In this document: piece by piece, positions 8,335 to 18,407 of the stretch
How the letters are laid out: each line of letters opens with the position of its first letter
How positions within the stretch are numbered: position 1 is the first letter of the stretch
From: an uncultured Gammaproteobacteria bacterium
GTDB lineage: Bacteria; Patescibacteriota; Patescibacteriia; Magasanikbacterales; UBA922
DNA: 64,000 nucleotides
Direction of reading: 5' to 3'
NCBI GenBank assembly: GCA_964597575.1
Contig: CAZQXB010000001.1
Coordinates: 530,111 to 594,110, forward strand
Made by a program: the position numbers and the translations under genes
Notes under the pieces: model-generated
Seen by the model: only the letters and a program-made list of their open reading frames with translations
Told to the model about the DNA's origin: nothing
Database searches by the model: none

Positions 8335-11280
8335 ATGGATAGTTTAAATAAAGCACAACAACAAGCCGTGGGGCACATTGAGGGCCCTCTTTTAATCGTG
8401 GCCGGCGCGGGCACTGGAAAAACAACCGTTATTGCCCGAAAAATTGAATATGTCGTGAATGAAAAACTCGCAAAACCTGAAGAAATTTTAGCACTTAGCT
8501 TTAATGAGAAGGCAGCGGACGAGATTCATGAGCGGGTAGACGCAATACTCCAAACAGGATATGTCGACATGCAGATTGCGACGTTCCATTCGTTTTGCCA
8601 AACACTTTTGCAGGAATTTGCCTTAGATATCGGCTTACCGAATCAATTTCGGGTTTTGAAAGAAACTGAGGCCTGGTTATTTATGCGCGAACACTTTGAT
8701 GAGTTTGCGCTCCGCTATTACCGCCCTTTGGGAAATCCGACTCGCCATATTCATGAATTTTTGAAGCACTTTTCGAGTTGCAAGGATGAACTTATTACTC
8801 CTGAAGCCTACTTGGTGTATGCGGAAGGTTTGACACTTGATGCAGATAAAAATACGAATGACGAGAAGACACGCTTGCTTGAAGTAGCGAATGCGTATCA
8901 CCAGTATCAGAAAATTTTGGTCGATGCGGGTGTTATGGATTTTGGTGATCTTCTTTTTTACGCCGTAAAACTTTTGAAAGAGCGACCTGCGGTACGAGAA
9001 AAAGTTCAGGCCCGTTACAAATATATTCTGGTCGACGAGTTTCAAGATGTAAACCATGCGCAGTATGAACTCGTGAAACTGCTGACTGGCCCGAAAACAC
9101 AGTTAACAGTGGTGGGGGATGATGATCAGAGTATTTATGCGTTTCGGGGAGCATCGGTTTCCAATATTTTACGGTTTAAAGATGATTACCCACATGCTAC
9201 TGAGGTTGTGCTTACGGAGAATTATCGCTCGGGTCAGGCGATTCTCGATACCGCATATACGGTGATTCAGCATAACAACCCAGATCGTTTAGAGGTGAAG
9301 CTGAATTTGAATAAAAAGCTTATTGCTAAAGGGGCTGTAGCAACGGGGCAGGTGGTGTACGTGAAACGAGAGCGTTTAGAAGATGAAGTGTCGGCCGTGG
9401 TTGAGGAAATTGAACGCCTGAAGCAGTCGAAAGAAATTGAGACGTGGGATGATGTGGCAATTCTTGTCCGAGCGAATGCTCACGCTGAACCTTTTGTCGA
9501 AGCATTGGAGCGAGCACGAATTCCCTTTGAGTTTCTTTCTTCGGTCGGGCTTTACCGTCAGCCAATTGTGCTTGATTGTTTGAATTTCTTTAAAGTTTTA
9601 GGCGCACATGATGATCCGATCGCCATGTTCCGCCTGCTTCGATTACCGCCACTTGGTCTTTCTGAAAATGATTTTCAGAAAATTATTGCTCATGAAGCAA
9701 GAAAAAAGATATCGCTCTATGAGGCAGCAAAACGCGCCACTGAGTTTGGGGTTACTGCTTCTGGCATTACGGCCTTGAACACGCTCATTAATGCGATTCA
9801 TGCAGGGTTAAAAGGAGTGCGCCACGGTAAACCAACAGAAATACTCTACCAGTTCCTTGATGCGACGGGGTACTTAGCTTATTTAACAAAAGAAGAATTA
9901 AATGGAAATGCCGCGGTCATTCGACAGATTCATCATTTAGCGACGTTCTTTAAGGAGCTTGAAACGTTTGAAAGTGCAACCGCTGACGCGCATGTGTCGC
10001 ATTTTTTGGAGCGCTATAAATATATTATTGATGCCGGAGACGAAGGGCAGACTGAGCATATTGAAGAGACTCCTGATTCAGTGCAAATTCTTACAGTGCA
10101 TAAATCGAAAGGGCTTGAGTTCAAAGCCGTATTTATGGTGAATCTGGTTGAGGAGCGTTTCCCTACGCGTAGGCGTGGTGAAGCTCTACCAGTTCCGGAT
10201 GCCCTTATTGCTGAAACCGTACCAAGCGGTGATGAGCACGTAGAGGAAGAGCGCCGCTTGTTTTATGTAGCGGCAACTCGGGCAAAAGAAAAATTATATC
10301 TCGTTAGTTCAAGCGACTATGGTGGTGCACGAGAAAAAAAACCTTCGCGATTTTTAATTGAGGCCGGCTTGGCTGAAGAAGGGGGAAAGAAAAAAAAGGC
10401 TTCCCCAAAAGGAGTGACGAAGGCTGCAGATTTAGAAAGAAAAGAGACGGCTATGCCGCTCCCTACAACCCTTCACGCCCCAACAACATTTTCCTTTTCC
10501 CAGCTCGAAGCATATGCTGCTTGCCCCTACCGATATAAACTTCGTCATGTTCTTAGAATTCCAACACCCGGGAAAGGAAGTTTTAGTTTCGGGTCGACAA
10601 TCCACTCTACATTCCAAAAATTTTATGAACGTGTGCAAGAGTTAAATGGCGCAAAGCAAGAATCGCTTTTTGGTGGGCCCGCAACTCCCGCACCGACTAC
10701 TCCAGGGGTTCGTGTGCCACCTCTTGATGAACTTCTAAAGATCTATGAAGAGCAGTGGAATGGTGACTGGTATGAATCGGCCAAGCTTCGAGATGATTAT
10801 TTTGTAAAAGGAAAAGAAATTTTGAAATTATTCTATATCGCAAACGAGGGTCGCTGGACAGTGCCGGTTGTTCTTGAAGGAGCGTTCACGATTATGGTGG
10901 GAAAGCACCGCATTCGTGGGCGCATTGATCGCATTGATCAACTTCCGGATAAGACACTTGAAATTATTGATTACAAAACAGGTCAGAGTAAAGAAACCTT
11001 GTCCGCCGATGATAAGCCTCAGCTTCTTATTTACCACATAGCAGCAACGACACTTCCGCAGTATCGTGGGTACGGGCCAGTTGGAAAGCTGACGTTTTAT
11101 TATGTGAATGATGGAATTCAAACGAGCTTCTTAGCTGAAGGGGACGAGCTTGAGCGGTTAAAGGAGAAACTTCTGAAAACAATGGAGCGTATTCACGAGG
11201 GGGATTTTAAAGCGACGCCTTCCCCACATGTCTGTAAATGGTGCGATTATAAGGATATTTGCGAGTACCGGACCTTGTAG
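8335..11280 (+). CDS. UvrD/PcrA-type superfamily-1 helicase fused to a C-terminal Cas4/AddB-like PD-(D/E)XK nuclease carrying a Cys cluster
   Basis: Helicase motifs: GAGTGKTT (I), ILVDEFQDVN (II), VVGDDDQSIYAFRGA (III), TENYRS (IV), VHKSKGLEFKAVF (V), VAATRAKEKL (VI). The C-terminus carries CPYRYKLRHVL ... IDRIDQL...IIDYKTG ... CKWCDYKDIC, i.e. a nuclease core plus four Cys. Confidence 0.8.
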   Translation: MDSLNKAQQQAVGHIEGPLLIVAGAGTGKTTVIARKIEYVVNEKLAKPEEILALSFNEKAADEIHERVDAILQTGYVDMQIATFHSFCQTLLQEFALDIGLPNQFRVLKETEAWLFMREHFDEFALRYYRPLGNPTRHIHEFLKHFSSCKDELITPEAYLVYAEGLTLDADKNTNDEKTRLLEVANAYHQYQKILVDAGVMDFGDLLFYAVKLLKERPAVREKVQARYKYILVDEFQDVNHAQYELVKLLTGPKTQLTVVGDDDQSIYAFRGASVSNILRFKDDYPHATEVVLTENYRSGQAILDTAYTVIQHNNPDRLEVKLNLNKKLIAKGAVATGQVVYVKRERLEDEVSAVVEEIERLKQSKEIETWDDVAILVRANAHAEPFVEALERARIPFEFLSSVGLYRQPIVLDCLNFFKVLGAHDDPIAMFRLLRLPPLGLSENDFQKIIAHEARKKISLYEAAKRATEFGVTASGITALNTLINAIHAGLKGVRHGKPTEILYQFLDATGYLAYLTKEELNGNAAVIRQIHHLATFFKELETFESATADAHVSHFLERYKYIIDAGDEGQTEHIEETPDSVQILTVHKSKGLEFKAVFMVNLVEERFPTRRRGEALPVPDALIAETVPSGDEHVEEERRLFYVAATRAKEKLYLVSSSDYGGAREKKPSRFLIEAGLAEEGGKKKKASPKGVTKAADLERKETAMPLPTTLHAPTTFSFSQLEAYAACPYRYKLRHVLRIPTPGKGSFSFGSTIHSTFQKFYERVQELNGAKQESLFGGPATPAPTTPGVRVPPLDELLKIYEEQWNGDWYESAKLRDDYFVKGKEILKLFYIANEGRWTVPVVLEGAFTIMVGKHRIRGRIDRIDQLPDKTLEIIDYKTGQSKETLSADDKPQLLIYHIAATTLPQYRGYGPVGKLTFYYVNDGIQTSFLAEGDELERLKEKLLKTMERIHEGDFKATPSPHVCKWCDYKDICEYRTL

Positions 11281-11314
11281 TGGGGTTTTTCCCATGGTAC
11301 GATAGCGGTGTTAT

Positions 11315-11620
11315 ATGGCTTTTACCCCACTTTCGAGCGCCCTCGGAGATCGATTCAAAGGGTCAAAATCAATGCATAGTATTCAAAGCCAGGCGACTGC
11401 GGCTCTTGTTGTTGAAGAAGCAGGGCGTTTGTTTACTGAACTTTTCGGCAGTATTGCCAATCAAATCCGCCCCCTGTATATTAAAAATCGTACCCTTACC
11501 ATTACCTGTTCCTCGGCAGCTGTGGCTCAGGAAATTCGACTTCGCCAAGCTGAGATTGTTGAGGGGATTAATGCAAAACTGGGGCAAAAAGAGGTTGATC
11601 GCATTCGGTATTTGGCTTAA
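11315..11620 (+). CDS. DUF721 domain protein
   Basis: The C-terminal region IRPLYIKNRTLTITCSSAAVAQEIRLRQAEIVEGINAKLG matches the DUF721 pattern. This frame was preferred over the overlapping 11259-11630 ORF. Confidence 0.45.
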   Translation: MAFTPLSSALGDRFKGSKSMHSIQSQATAALVVEEAGRLFTELFGSIANQIRPLYIKNRTLTITCSSAAVAQEIRLRQAEIVEGINAKLGQKEVDRIRYLA

Positions 11621-11626
11621 ATTCAC

Positions 11627-12019
11627 ATGACTCTCCGTCAATACCTTATTTTAATGGTGATCTCAACCCTGCTGTGTTTTGCGGCCTGGGTTTTTGTGCT
11701 GGTGAATATTAACCCGTTTGAATCACCCCCCTCGGGGTTTGTTTTCTTCTATCTGACGTTTTTTGCGTCTTTGGTCGGTGCCCTGTCACTTCTCATGTTT
11801 GCGGTGTACCGCACCCTCTCTCGGGGCACGGTTCCCATGTACTATCATGTTGAGCGAAGTTTCCGAGATGGTGTCCTCTTTGCCACTGGGGCAACACTTC
11901 TTCTCTTTTTTCAGGGGAAGGGTTGGCTAACTCCGGTAAATACCATTATTTTCTGCATTGCCATTTTGGTTTTGGCCGTTATTTCCTGGACGCTCGGTGG
12001 TCGCTCACGTTACTCATAA
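11627..12019 (+). CDS. Integral membrane protein (4 TM), hypothetical
   Basis: 130-aa hydrophobic ORF. Confidence 0.35.
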   Translation: MTLRQYLILMVISTLLCFAAWVFVLVNINPFESPPSGFVFFYLTFFASLVGALSLLMFAVYRTLSRGTVPMYYHVERSFRDGVLFATGATLLLFFQGKGWLTPVNTIIFCIAILVLAVISWTLGGRSRYS

Positions 12020-12026
12020 CATATAT

Positions 12027-13268
12027 ATGAAACAATCATACTTATTTACCAAAACAAGAAAAGAAGTTTCGGGGGAAGAAGTATCGAAAAATGCTCAACT
12101 TTTGCTTCGCGGTGGTTATATTCACAAAGAAATGGCCGGAGTGTACGCGTATCTTCCGCTCGGAAAACGCGTGCTTGAAAGAATCGCAAACATTGTTCGT
12201 GAGGAGATGAACGCGGCTGGAGCACTTGAAATTCAAATGACTGCACTTCAAGATAAATCAAATTGGGAGGCAACGAATCGGTGGGATGATGCCATTGTTG
12301 ATAATTGGTTTAAAACAAAATTAAAAAATGAAACAGAGCTTGGTCTCGGTTTTACGCATGAAGAGCCAATTACTGCCATGATGAAGTCGTTTGTTTCATC
12401 GTACCGTGATTTACCGAAAGCGGTTTATCAAATTCAGACAAAGTTTCGTAATGAACTTCGAGCAAAAAGCGGCATTATGCGCGGCCGAGAGTTCCTTATG
12501 AAAGATCTGTATTCATTTTGCCGTACGGCTGAAGAGCAAGATCATTACTACGAGTTCATGAAAGGAGCATACAAAAAGGTATACGAGCGACTAGGGCTCG
12601 GCGACAGAACATATATTACTTTTGCTTCGGGTGGTATTTTTTCAAAGTACTCCCATGAGTTCCAAACATTATCTGAGGCCGGCGAAGATACGATTTATAT
12701 TCACGAAGAAAAGAATATAGCGATTAATGAAGAGGTGTATAACGATGAAGTGTTACGGGATTTGGGGTTAAAAAAAGAAGATCTTGTACAAAAAAAGGCA
12801 ATTGAGGTCGGGAATATTTTTACTCTCGGAACTCGTTTTTCTGAACCATTAGGGTTAACATTTGTGAACGAAGCCGGTGAAAGTAAGCCTGTTGTCATGG
12901 GAAGTTATGGTATCGGAGTAAGCCGACTTATGGGGGTTATTGTGGAAATATACAATGATGAAAAAGGGATCGTGTGGCCAGAAGCGGTTGCGCCTTTTCA
13001 AGTGCATCTCGTATCACTTTGTCGTGAAGAGGCAGATGTTGCCAAAGCAAATGAGATCTATGAAAAATTGAAAGCTAAGGGTGTCGAAGTTCTCTACGAT
13101 GATCGTGATGGCGTTCGCCCAGGAGAAAAATTTGCTGATGCTGATTTACTTGGTATGCCGAAGCGGGTGGTGGTTTCAGCGAAGACTATTGAAAAAGGAG
13201 TGGTGGAGGTTGTGAATCGAAAAACAGGAGAAGTTGCTATGGTACCTGTGGCCGAATTTCTCGCCTAA
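12027..13268 (+). CDS. proS: Prolyl-tRNA synthetase, short form lacking the editing insertion
   Basis: Start chosen at MKQSYLFTKTRKE. Class II motif 2 FRNELRAKSGIMRGREFLMKD, motif 3 SYGIGVSRLMGVI and a C-terminal anticodon-binding domain are present. Confidence 0.85.
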   Translation: MKQSYLFTKTRKEVSGEEVSKNAQLLLRGGYIHKEMAGVYAYLPLGKRVLERIANIVREEMNAAGALEIQMTALQDKSNWEATNRWDDAIVDNWFKTKLKNETELGLGFTHEEPITAMMKSFVSSYRDLPKAVYQIQTKFRNELRAKSGIMRGREFLMKDLYSFCRTAEEQDHYYEFMKGAYKKVYERLGLGDRTYITFASGGIFSKYSHEFQTLSEAGEDTIYIHEEKNIAINEEVYNDEVLRDLGLKKEDLVQKKAIEVGNIFTLGTRFSEPLGLTFVNEAGESKPVVMGSYGIGVSRLMGVIVEIYNDEKGIVWPEAVAPFQVHLVSLCREEADVAKANEIYEKLKAKGVEVLYDDRDGVRPGEKFADADLLGMPKRVVVSAKTIEKGVVEVVNRKTGEVAMVPVAEFLA

Positions 13269-13292
13269 GACCAATACCCATAAACTGAATGT

Positions 13293-14351
13293 ATGTTTGA
13301 GCGCGTCTTCCGTCGTTTCCAAAGCGATATTGCGATTGATCTTGGTACTGCAAATACCCGGGTGTTTGTGCGTGACAAAGGTATTGTTATTGATGAACCA
13401 ACGGTCGTTGCGATCAATAATAAAACAGATCAAATTTTGGCTGTCGGCCAAGAAGCGAAGCAGATGCTTGGGAAAACGCCGTCGCATATTTCCGTCTCTC
13501 GTCCGCTCACTCATGGCATTATTTCTGACTACGAGGTGGCTGAAAAACTGTTGAAGTACCTTATCGATAAGGTGCACGATGATGGATTTAGTGTGTTTTC
13601 ACGCCCTCGGGTGGTCATTTGTGTTCCTCTTGAGGTAACAGAAGTAGAAACAAAAGCGGTTGAAGATGTAACCATTGCTGCGGGTGCGCGTGAGGTTGCG
13701 GTTATCCAGGAACCAATGGCCGCAGCTATTGGTGCGCGCATGCCGATTCAGGAATCCATCGGAAACATGATCGTGCATATTGGAGCGGGGACTACCGAAG
13801 TTGCTATCATCTCACTTCACGGGGTTGTGAATTGGAAATCGACGCATGTTGCCGGAGACGAAATGAATAAAAACATCATGCAGTATGCGCGTGAGGTCTT
13901 CAATTTATATATTGGAGAAAGTTACGCTGAGCAAATGAAAATGAAAATTGGTTCTGCGACGCCTCAAAAAGAACGCATGGAGTTTCCTTTGCGTGGTCGT
14001 GATGTGTTAACGGGCTTGCCAAAAGAAGTGATGATGACGAACGATCATGTCCACGAGGCTCTGGAGCGGTCGGTTCGGGCTATTGTTGATCATGTAAAAA
14101 TGGCGCTTGAACTTACTCCGCCAGAACTGACGGCTGATATTCATGAGCGTGGACTTATCCTTTCCGGAGGAGGCGCTCTTCTTCGAGGCATTGATACGGT
14201 TATTGCTCATGCCGCAGAGGTGCCAGTGCGCATGACAGACGACCCACAAACTGCGGTCGTGCGCGGAGCCGGCCTCCTTCTTCAAGAATCTGCACTTCTC
14301 AAAGAGGTTCGCCTTCCTTCCGCACGTAACCCAAGACGCCGACGCGTGTAG
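13293..14351 (+). CDS. mreB: Rod-shape-determining protein MreB (actin-like ATPase)
   Basis: DIAIDLGTANTRVFV phosphate-1 motif and full-length conservation with MreB. Confidence 0.9.
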   Translation: MFERVFRRFQSDIAIDLGTANTRVFVRDKGIVIDEPTVVAINNKTDQILAVGQEAKQMLGKTPSHISVSRPLTHGIISDYEVAEKLLKYLIDKVHDDGFSVFSRPRVVICVPLEVTEVETKAVEDVTIAAGAREVAVIQEPMAAAIGARMPIQESIGNMIVHIGAGTTEVAIISLHGVVNWKSTHVAGDEMNKNIMQYAREVFNLYIGESYAEQMKMKIGSATPQKERMEFPLRGRDVLTGLPKEVMMTNDHVHEALERSVRAIVDHVKMALELTPPELTADIHERGLILSGGGALLRGIDTVIAHAAEVPVRMTDDPQTAVVRGAGLLLQESALLKEVRLPSARNPRRRRV

Positions 14352-14358
14352 AAAAGGG

Positions 14359-15189
14359 GTGGAAAAAAAGATGCACCCTATGGATACCAATAAAATTCGC
14401 ACACTCATTGCTATTGGGGTAGTGATTGGACTCACTATTTTTTTTCATACGATCGGTTGGCTTCGTCCGATTGAAAAGTTTTTCCGTTCTTTGGTAAATC
14501 GAGGGACTGAAATTACCTATAATTGGCGTGCAGGGACCGAAGAAGAGGGGGAAATGTTTTCGAGTGTCGAGGAGCTGCAAGACGCGTACACGGCCCTTAA
14601 AGCACGCGAACGGGATTTGCTTGCGTATGAAACCGAAGCAACACTGCTTCGCGCAGAAAATGAAGAGCTTCGGGCCCGGCTCAACTTTGTGACGAGTACG
14701 GGTTCGGGGCATGTGAGTGCTGAAGTACGTGCGGATGTTATTGGAAAAAATATTGAACCCCTCGGAAGTACTCTTATTATTAATCGCGGTATAGAGGCGG
14801 GGATTGCTGTTGGGCAGCCGGCGATTGTAGGAAATGGAATTTTTATTGGGAAAATAGTGCGTGCCGAGACAGGTTTTTCCGTGATTGAGCTGGTCACTGA
14901 TAGTCAAAGTAAGGTTGCGGCATCCGTGGTTGGACGCATGGAAAGTTTAGGTCTTGTGGAAGGAGGGTATGGAATCAGCGTGCGCATGTCGTGGATTCCC
15001 CAGCAAGAAACTTTAGAGGTTGGAACTATGGTCGTCACGTCAGGGCTAGAAAACCATATTCCTCGTGGACTTTTAATCGGAACCATAGAAACGATAGACC
15101 GTGATCCCCATCAGGCGTTTCAAGAAGCGGTTATTGCTCCCATTATTCGTTTTGACAAAGTGCGCTTGGTGACCATTATAACGAATTAG
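14359..15189 (+). CDS. mreC: Rod-shape-determining protein MreC
   Basis: N-terminal TM and coiled coil followed by a beta-rich C-terminal domain (GIAVGQPAIVGNGIFIGKIV). Sits directly downstream of mreB. Confidence 0.75.
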   Translation: MEKKMHPMDTNKIRTLIAIGVVIGLTIFFHTIGWLRPIEKFFRSLVNRGTEITYNWRAGTEEEGEMFSSVEELQDAYTALKARERDLLAYETEATLLRAENEELRARLNFVTSTGSGHVSAEVRADVIGKNIEPLGSTLIINRGIEAGIAVGQPAIVGNGIFIGKIVRAETGFSVIELVTDSQSKVAASVVGRMESLGLVEGGYGISVRMSWIPQQETLEVGTMVVTSGLENHIPRGLLIGTIETIDRDPHQAFQEAVIAPIIRFDKVRLVTIITN

Positions 15190-15193
15190 CGGT

Positions 15194-15736
15194 ATGCGTC
15201 TCCTGCTTCGTTTTCTCATTATTCTCATTCTGGTTGTTTTTTTGGTTTTGGTGCATATGGCCGCATCTTCCCTTTTACCGTATCCATTGAATGCAATTAA
15301 TAGTGTGATGGCCGTTTGCCTTCTTATTATGATGAGAAAAGAAGAGGGACTTGTGGTATGGGTTTCATTTTTCTGTCATTTTGTAATTGAGCTCTACACG
15401 AAAACACCGTTCGGCATTTTACTTGCCGCCGGGACCATGTCGCTTCTTTTGGGGTACTGGTTATACGGATATATTTTTAGTAATCAGTCGTGGTACGCCG
15501 CTTTGGCACTTTCGGTTATTGTTATGGCCATGTACCGTATTATTTATACCCTTGGGATTATCGGCACAGACTTTTTTCTATCAACAAGTCATCCGTTCTC
15601 CGTGATCGTGCTCAGTAAGTACTTCTTTGAGTTATTGTTCACGTCGCTTGTGGTTGTGATCGCCTGGATTATTCTTCATTCGCGTCGTCCGCGCCGTGAC
15701 ACAGAACGGTATCGTTTTTTTGGATATGGCTCCTAA
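15194..15736 (+). CDS. mreD: MreD-like polytopic membrane protein
   Basis: 180-aa hydrophobic protein in the mreB-mreC-X-PBP2 position. Confidence 0.5.
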   Translation: MRLLLRFLIILILVVFLVLVHMAASSLLPYPLNAINSVMAVCLLIMMRKEEGLVVWVSFFCHFVIELYTKTPFGILLAAGTMSLLLGYWLYGYIFSNQSWYAALALSVIVMAMYRIIYTLGIIGTDFFLSTSHPFSVIVLSKYFFELLFTSLVVVIAWIILHSRRPRRDTERYRFFGYGS

Positions 15737-17699
15737 AAAACCACTTTTTCCTGTAGAAACAAACCATGGTTTTTTTTCAGGGTTACGCCGTCGCCGTTCG
15801 ACCGATTGGGTAGAGGGGATCGCGTCTGTGAAAAGTGACACCCCACACATCGGAACTCCCGGTGAGCGTGATCATTTAGGTTCGAGTTTGCCGCCGAAAC
15901 CTCTTCTTGTCGCGATTGGACTCATGCTTCTTTTTGTCGGAGCGATTTTATGGCGCCTTGGAGATATTCAGCTTATGAACGGGGAGTATTATGCGAGGCG
16001 TTCAGAAATGAACCGTGAGCGTGTGCGGGTGATTCCCCCAGAGCGTGGACTTATTTTTGATCGATTTGGGCGAGAGCTTACGAAAAATGTCCCCAGTCTT
16101 TCTCTCCTTCTCACCCCACAAGATGCGCCACGCGATACGCTTGAGCGAGAGTATATGATTCGGACGTTATCGATCATTATTAATGAGCCGGCAAAAACAT
16201 TGCGCGATCATTTACGTCGTGGAATTCCGGTTGTAATTCGGGAGAATATTCCGTACGACTTTGCACTTATGGTGCATATTCGACAAAAAGAATTACCCGG
16301 GGTAGAAGTGGTGCAGGGGAGCAAACGGCTTTATCTGTTGCGCCCCGATGCACCAACGACAAGCGCCCCAGTTCTTTCACTTTCCCACGTCCTTGGATAT
16401 GAGGGAAAAATTAATGCAGAAGAACTCGAAGCCCTTCGGGATAAGGGCTATCGCCTTACTGATTCTGTTGGAAAAACAGGAGTAGAAAAAACGTATGAAT
16501 CACTTCTTCGGGGGGTTGCAGGTATTAAGCGGCGAGAAGTAGACTTTTTGGAGCGCCAACAAAAGGTGATTACAGAAACTCCGCCGATTCCTGGGCACCA
16601 TATTTATTTGACCATTGATCTTGAGATGCAGCGGGAGCTTGAGAAAATTTTACAGAATGCGCTTGTGCGATATGGAAAAAAACGAGGGTCTGCGATTGCT
16701 ATGGATCCGCGCAGTGGAGAAATTTTGGCACTCGTGAGTTTGCCGACATTTGATAATAATGAATTTTCTGGTGGAATTAGCACTGAAGCATACCGAGGGT
16801 ATGTTGAAAATCCTGACGAACCCTTGTTTCATCGGGCAGTGGCCGGAACATACCCATCGGGTTCCACAGTAAAACCCATCATTGCCGCAGCTGCGCTTAC
16901 TGAAAAAATTATTACCCCAAATACCGCCATACAAAGTACCGGTGGAATTCAAGTGGGGGCTCGTTTTTTCCCTGATTGGCAGTCTGGTGGGCATGGCACA
17001 ACCGATGTGCGCAAATCTCTTGCCTGGTCGGTCAACACTTTTTACTACTATATTGGGGGAGGGCATCGAAATTTTTCTGGCCTTGGGGTTGAACTCATTA
17101 CAAAGTACATGCGGATGTTTCAGTTGGGGGAAAAACTCGGTCTTGATTTGCCAGGTGAGCAGAATGGATTTGTGCCAAGTCCCGCCTGGAAAGAAGAAGT
17201 AAAAAAAGAGCGATGGTTTATTGGAGACACATATAATTTATCAATTGGTCAGGGGGATTTACTCGTGACGCCGCTTCAGGTTGCGTCGCTTACCGCAACC
17301 GTTGCGAATGGTGGTACAGTGTATGTGCCGCATGTGGTTGGGGCAATTGAAGGGCCAGATGCTTCGGCACCGACTCCGGAAACACCAAAAATCATTCGCC
17401 AAGTGGATGTTTCACGTTCGTCGCTTTCGGTTATTGGGGCGGGGATGCGTGATTGTGTTACTGTGGGCTCGTGTCTTCGGTTAAGCACGTTACCTGTGGC
17501 GATAGCCGGAAAAACAGGTACTGCGCAATGGAATGCGAATCGCTTACCCCATGCCTGGTTTACCTCGTTTGCTCCATATGATAACCCGGAAATTGTGTTT
17601 ACGGTTATTATCGAAGAAGGGGAGGGGGGTGGGTCAGCGGCAGTGCCTGTAGCCTATGAGTTCTATAAATGGTGGGGCGAAAAAAGAAAGAGTCGATAG
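15696..17699 (+). CDS. mrdA: Penicillin-binding protein 2 (class B transpeptidase)
   Basis: N-terminal TM and dimerisation domain. Transpeptidase motifs STVKP (SxxK) and KTGTA (KTG). Overlaps the mreD end, so the start may be the internal ATG at 15726. Confidence 0.85.
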   Translation: MTQNGIVFLDMAPKKPLFPVETNHGFFSGLRRRRSTDWVEGIASVKSDTPHIGTPGERDHLGSSLPPKPLLVAIGLMLLFVGAILWRLGDIQLMNGEYYARRSEMNRERVRVIPPERGLIFDRFGRELTKNVPSLSLLLTPQDAPRDTLEREYMIRTLSIIINEPAKTLRDHLRRGIPVVIRENIPYDFALMVHIRQKELPGVEVVQGSKRLYLLRPDAPTTSAPVLSLSHVLGYEGKINAEELEALRDKGYRLTDSVGKTGVEKTYESLLRGVAGIKRREVDFLERQQKVITETPPIPGHHIYLTIDLEMQRELEKILQNALVRYGKKRGSAIAMDPRSGEILALVSLPTFDNNEFSGGISTEAYRGYVENPDEPLFHRAVAGTYPSGSTVKPIIAAAALTEKIITPNTAIQSTGGIQVGARFFPDWQSGGHGTTDVRKSLAWSVNTFYYYIGGGHRNFSGLGVELITKYMRMFQLGEKLGLDLPGEQNGFVPSPAWKEEVKKERWFIGDTYNLSIGQGDLLVTPLQVASLTATVANGGTVYVPHVVGAIEGPDASAPTPETPKIIRQVDVSRSSLSVIGAGMRDCVTVGSCLRLSTLPVAIAGKTGTAQWNANRLPHAWFTSFAPYDNPEIVFTVIIEEGEGGGSAAVPVAYEFYKWWGEKRKSR

Positions 17700-17789
17700 A
17701 CGTCGTCCTTGGGGTAAGAAAGATCAGGCTTAGTAGATTGGCAAGAAAACAGTAAAGAAAAAATCTTCAAAAAAGAGGAAATAACCCCG

Positions 17790-17818
17790 TTGACGTAGGG
17801 GGAAAAGGTCGGTATACT
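17790..17818 (+). promoter_or_regulatory. Sigma-70-type promoter upstream of greA
   Basis: TTGACG (17790-17795), a 17-nt spacer, then TATACT (17813-17818), about 75 nt upstream of the greA start. Confidence 0.5.
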
Positions 17819-17892
17819 GAAAAATACTAGACTCCGCGAATCCGCGGTATCTTCTTTTTTGCCAATTGTTTGAGGTGTAGATTATTCCATAT

Positions 17893-18354
17893 ATGGTTGA
17901 CCATTATATTAGCCAAGAAAAAAAGAAGGCCTTACTTCTTGAGTTAGACATGCTCAAAACGACCCGTATTCCCGATCTAGCAAAGCGTATTGATGAGGCA
18001 CGTCAGCTGGGAGACTTATCGGAAAATGCAGAATACCATGCAGCTCGTGAAGATATGGCCTGGGCGCATACGCGGATTAAAGATATTCAGCGTATTTTAG
18101 ATACCTCAGAAATCGTGGTAGAGGGTTCAGGGAAACGTTCAGCCGTGGCGCTCGGCTCCACAATTACGGTAAAAGTGAATGGAAAAGAAAAGAGCTTTAC
18201 GTTAGTTGGGGCGGTCGAGGCAAACCCAGCCGAAGGAAAGATCTCCAATGAATCTCCGCTTGGTTCAGCATTTTTTGGTAAAAAACCAGGGGATAAGGTA
18301 GAGGTGACGGTTCCGGCTGGGGTTTTAGTTTATGAAATTATCTCTATTACATAA
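17893..18354 (+). CDS. greA: Transcription elongation factor GreA
   Basis: Coiled-coil N-terminus with the LSENAEYHAAREDMAWAHTRI motif, plus an FKBP-like C-terminal domain. Confidence 0.9.
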   Translation: MVDHYISQEKKKALLLELDMLKTTRIPDLAKRIDEARQLGDLSENAEYHAAREDMAWAHTRIKDIQRILDTSEIVVEGSGKRSAVALGSTITVKVNGKEKSFTLVGAVEANPAEGKISNESPLGSAFFGKKPGDKVEVTVPAGVLVYEIISIT

Positions 18355-18407
18355 CAAGGAATCATTGTCAGCTGGCGAAAAAATCGCTACACTACCCCTA
18401 TATTTCT

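Noticed and set aside
11259-11630. 123-aa ORF overlapping the DUF721 gene in another frame
   Set aside because: The alternative frame (11315-11620) carries the recognisable DUF721 C-terminal motif. This frame has no motif and a hydrophobic low-complexity translation.
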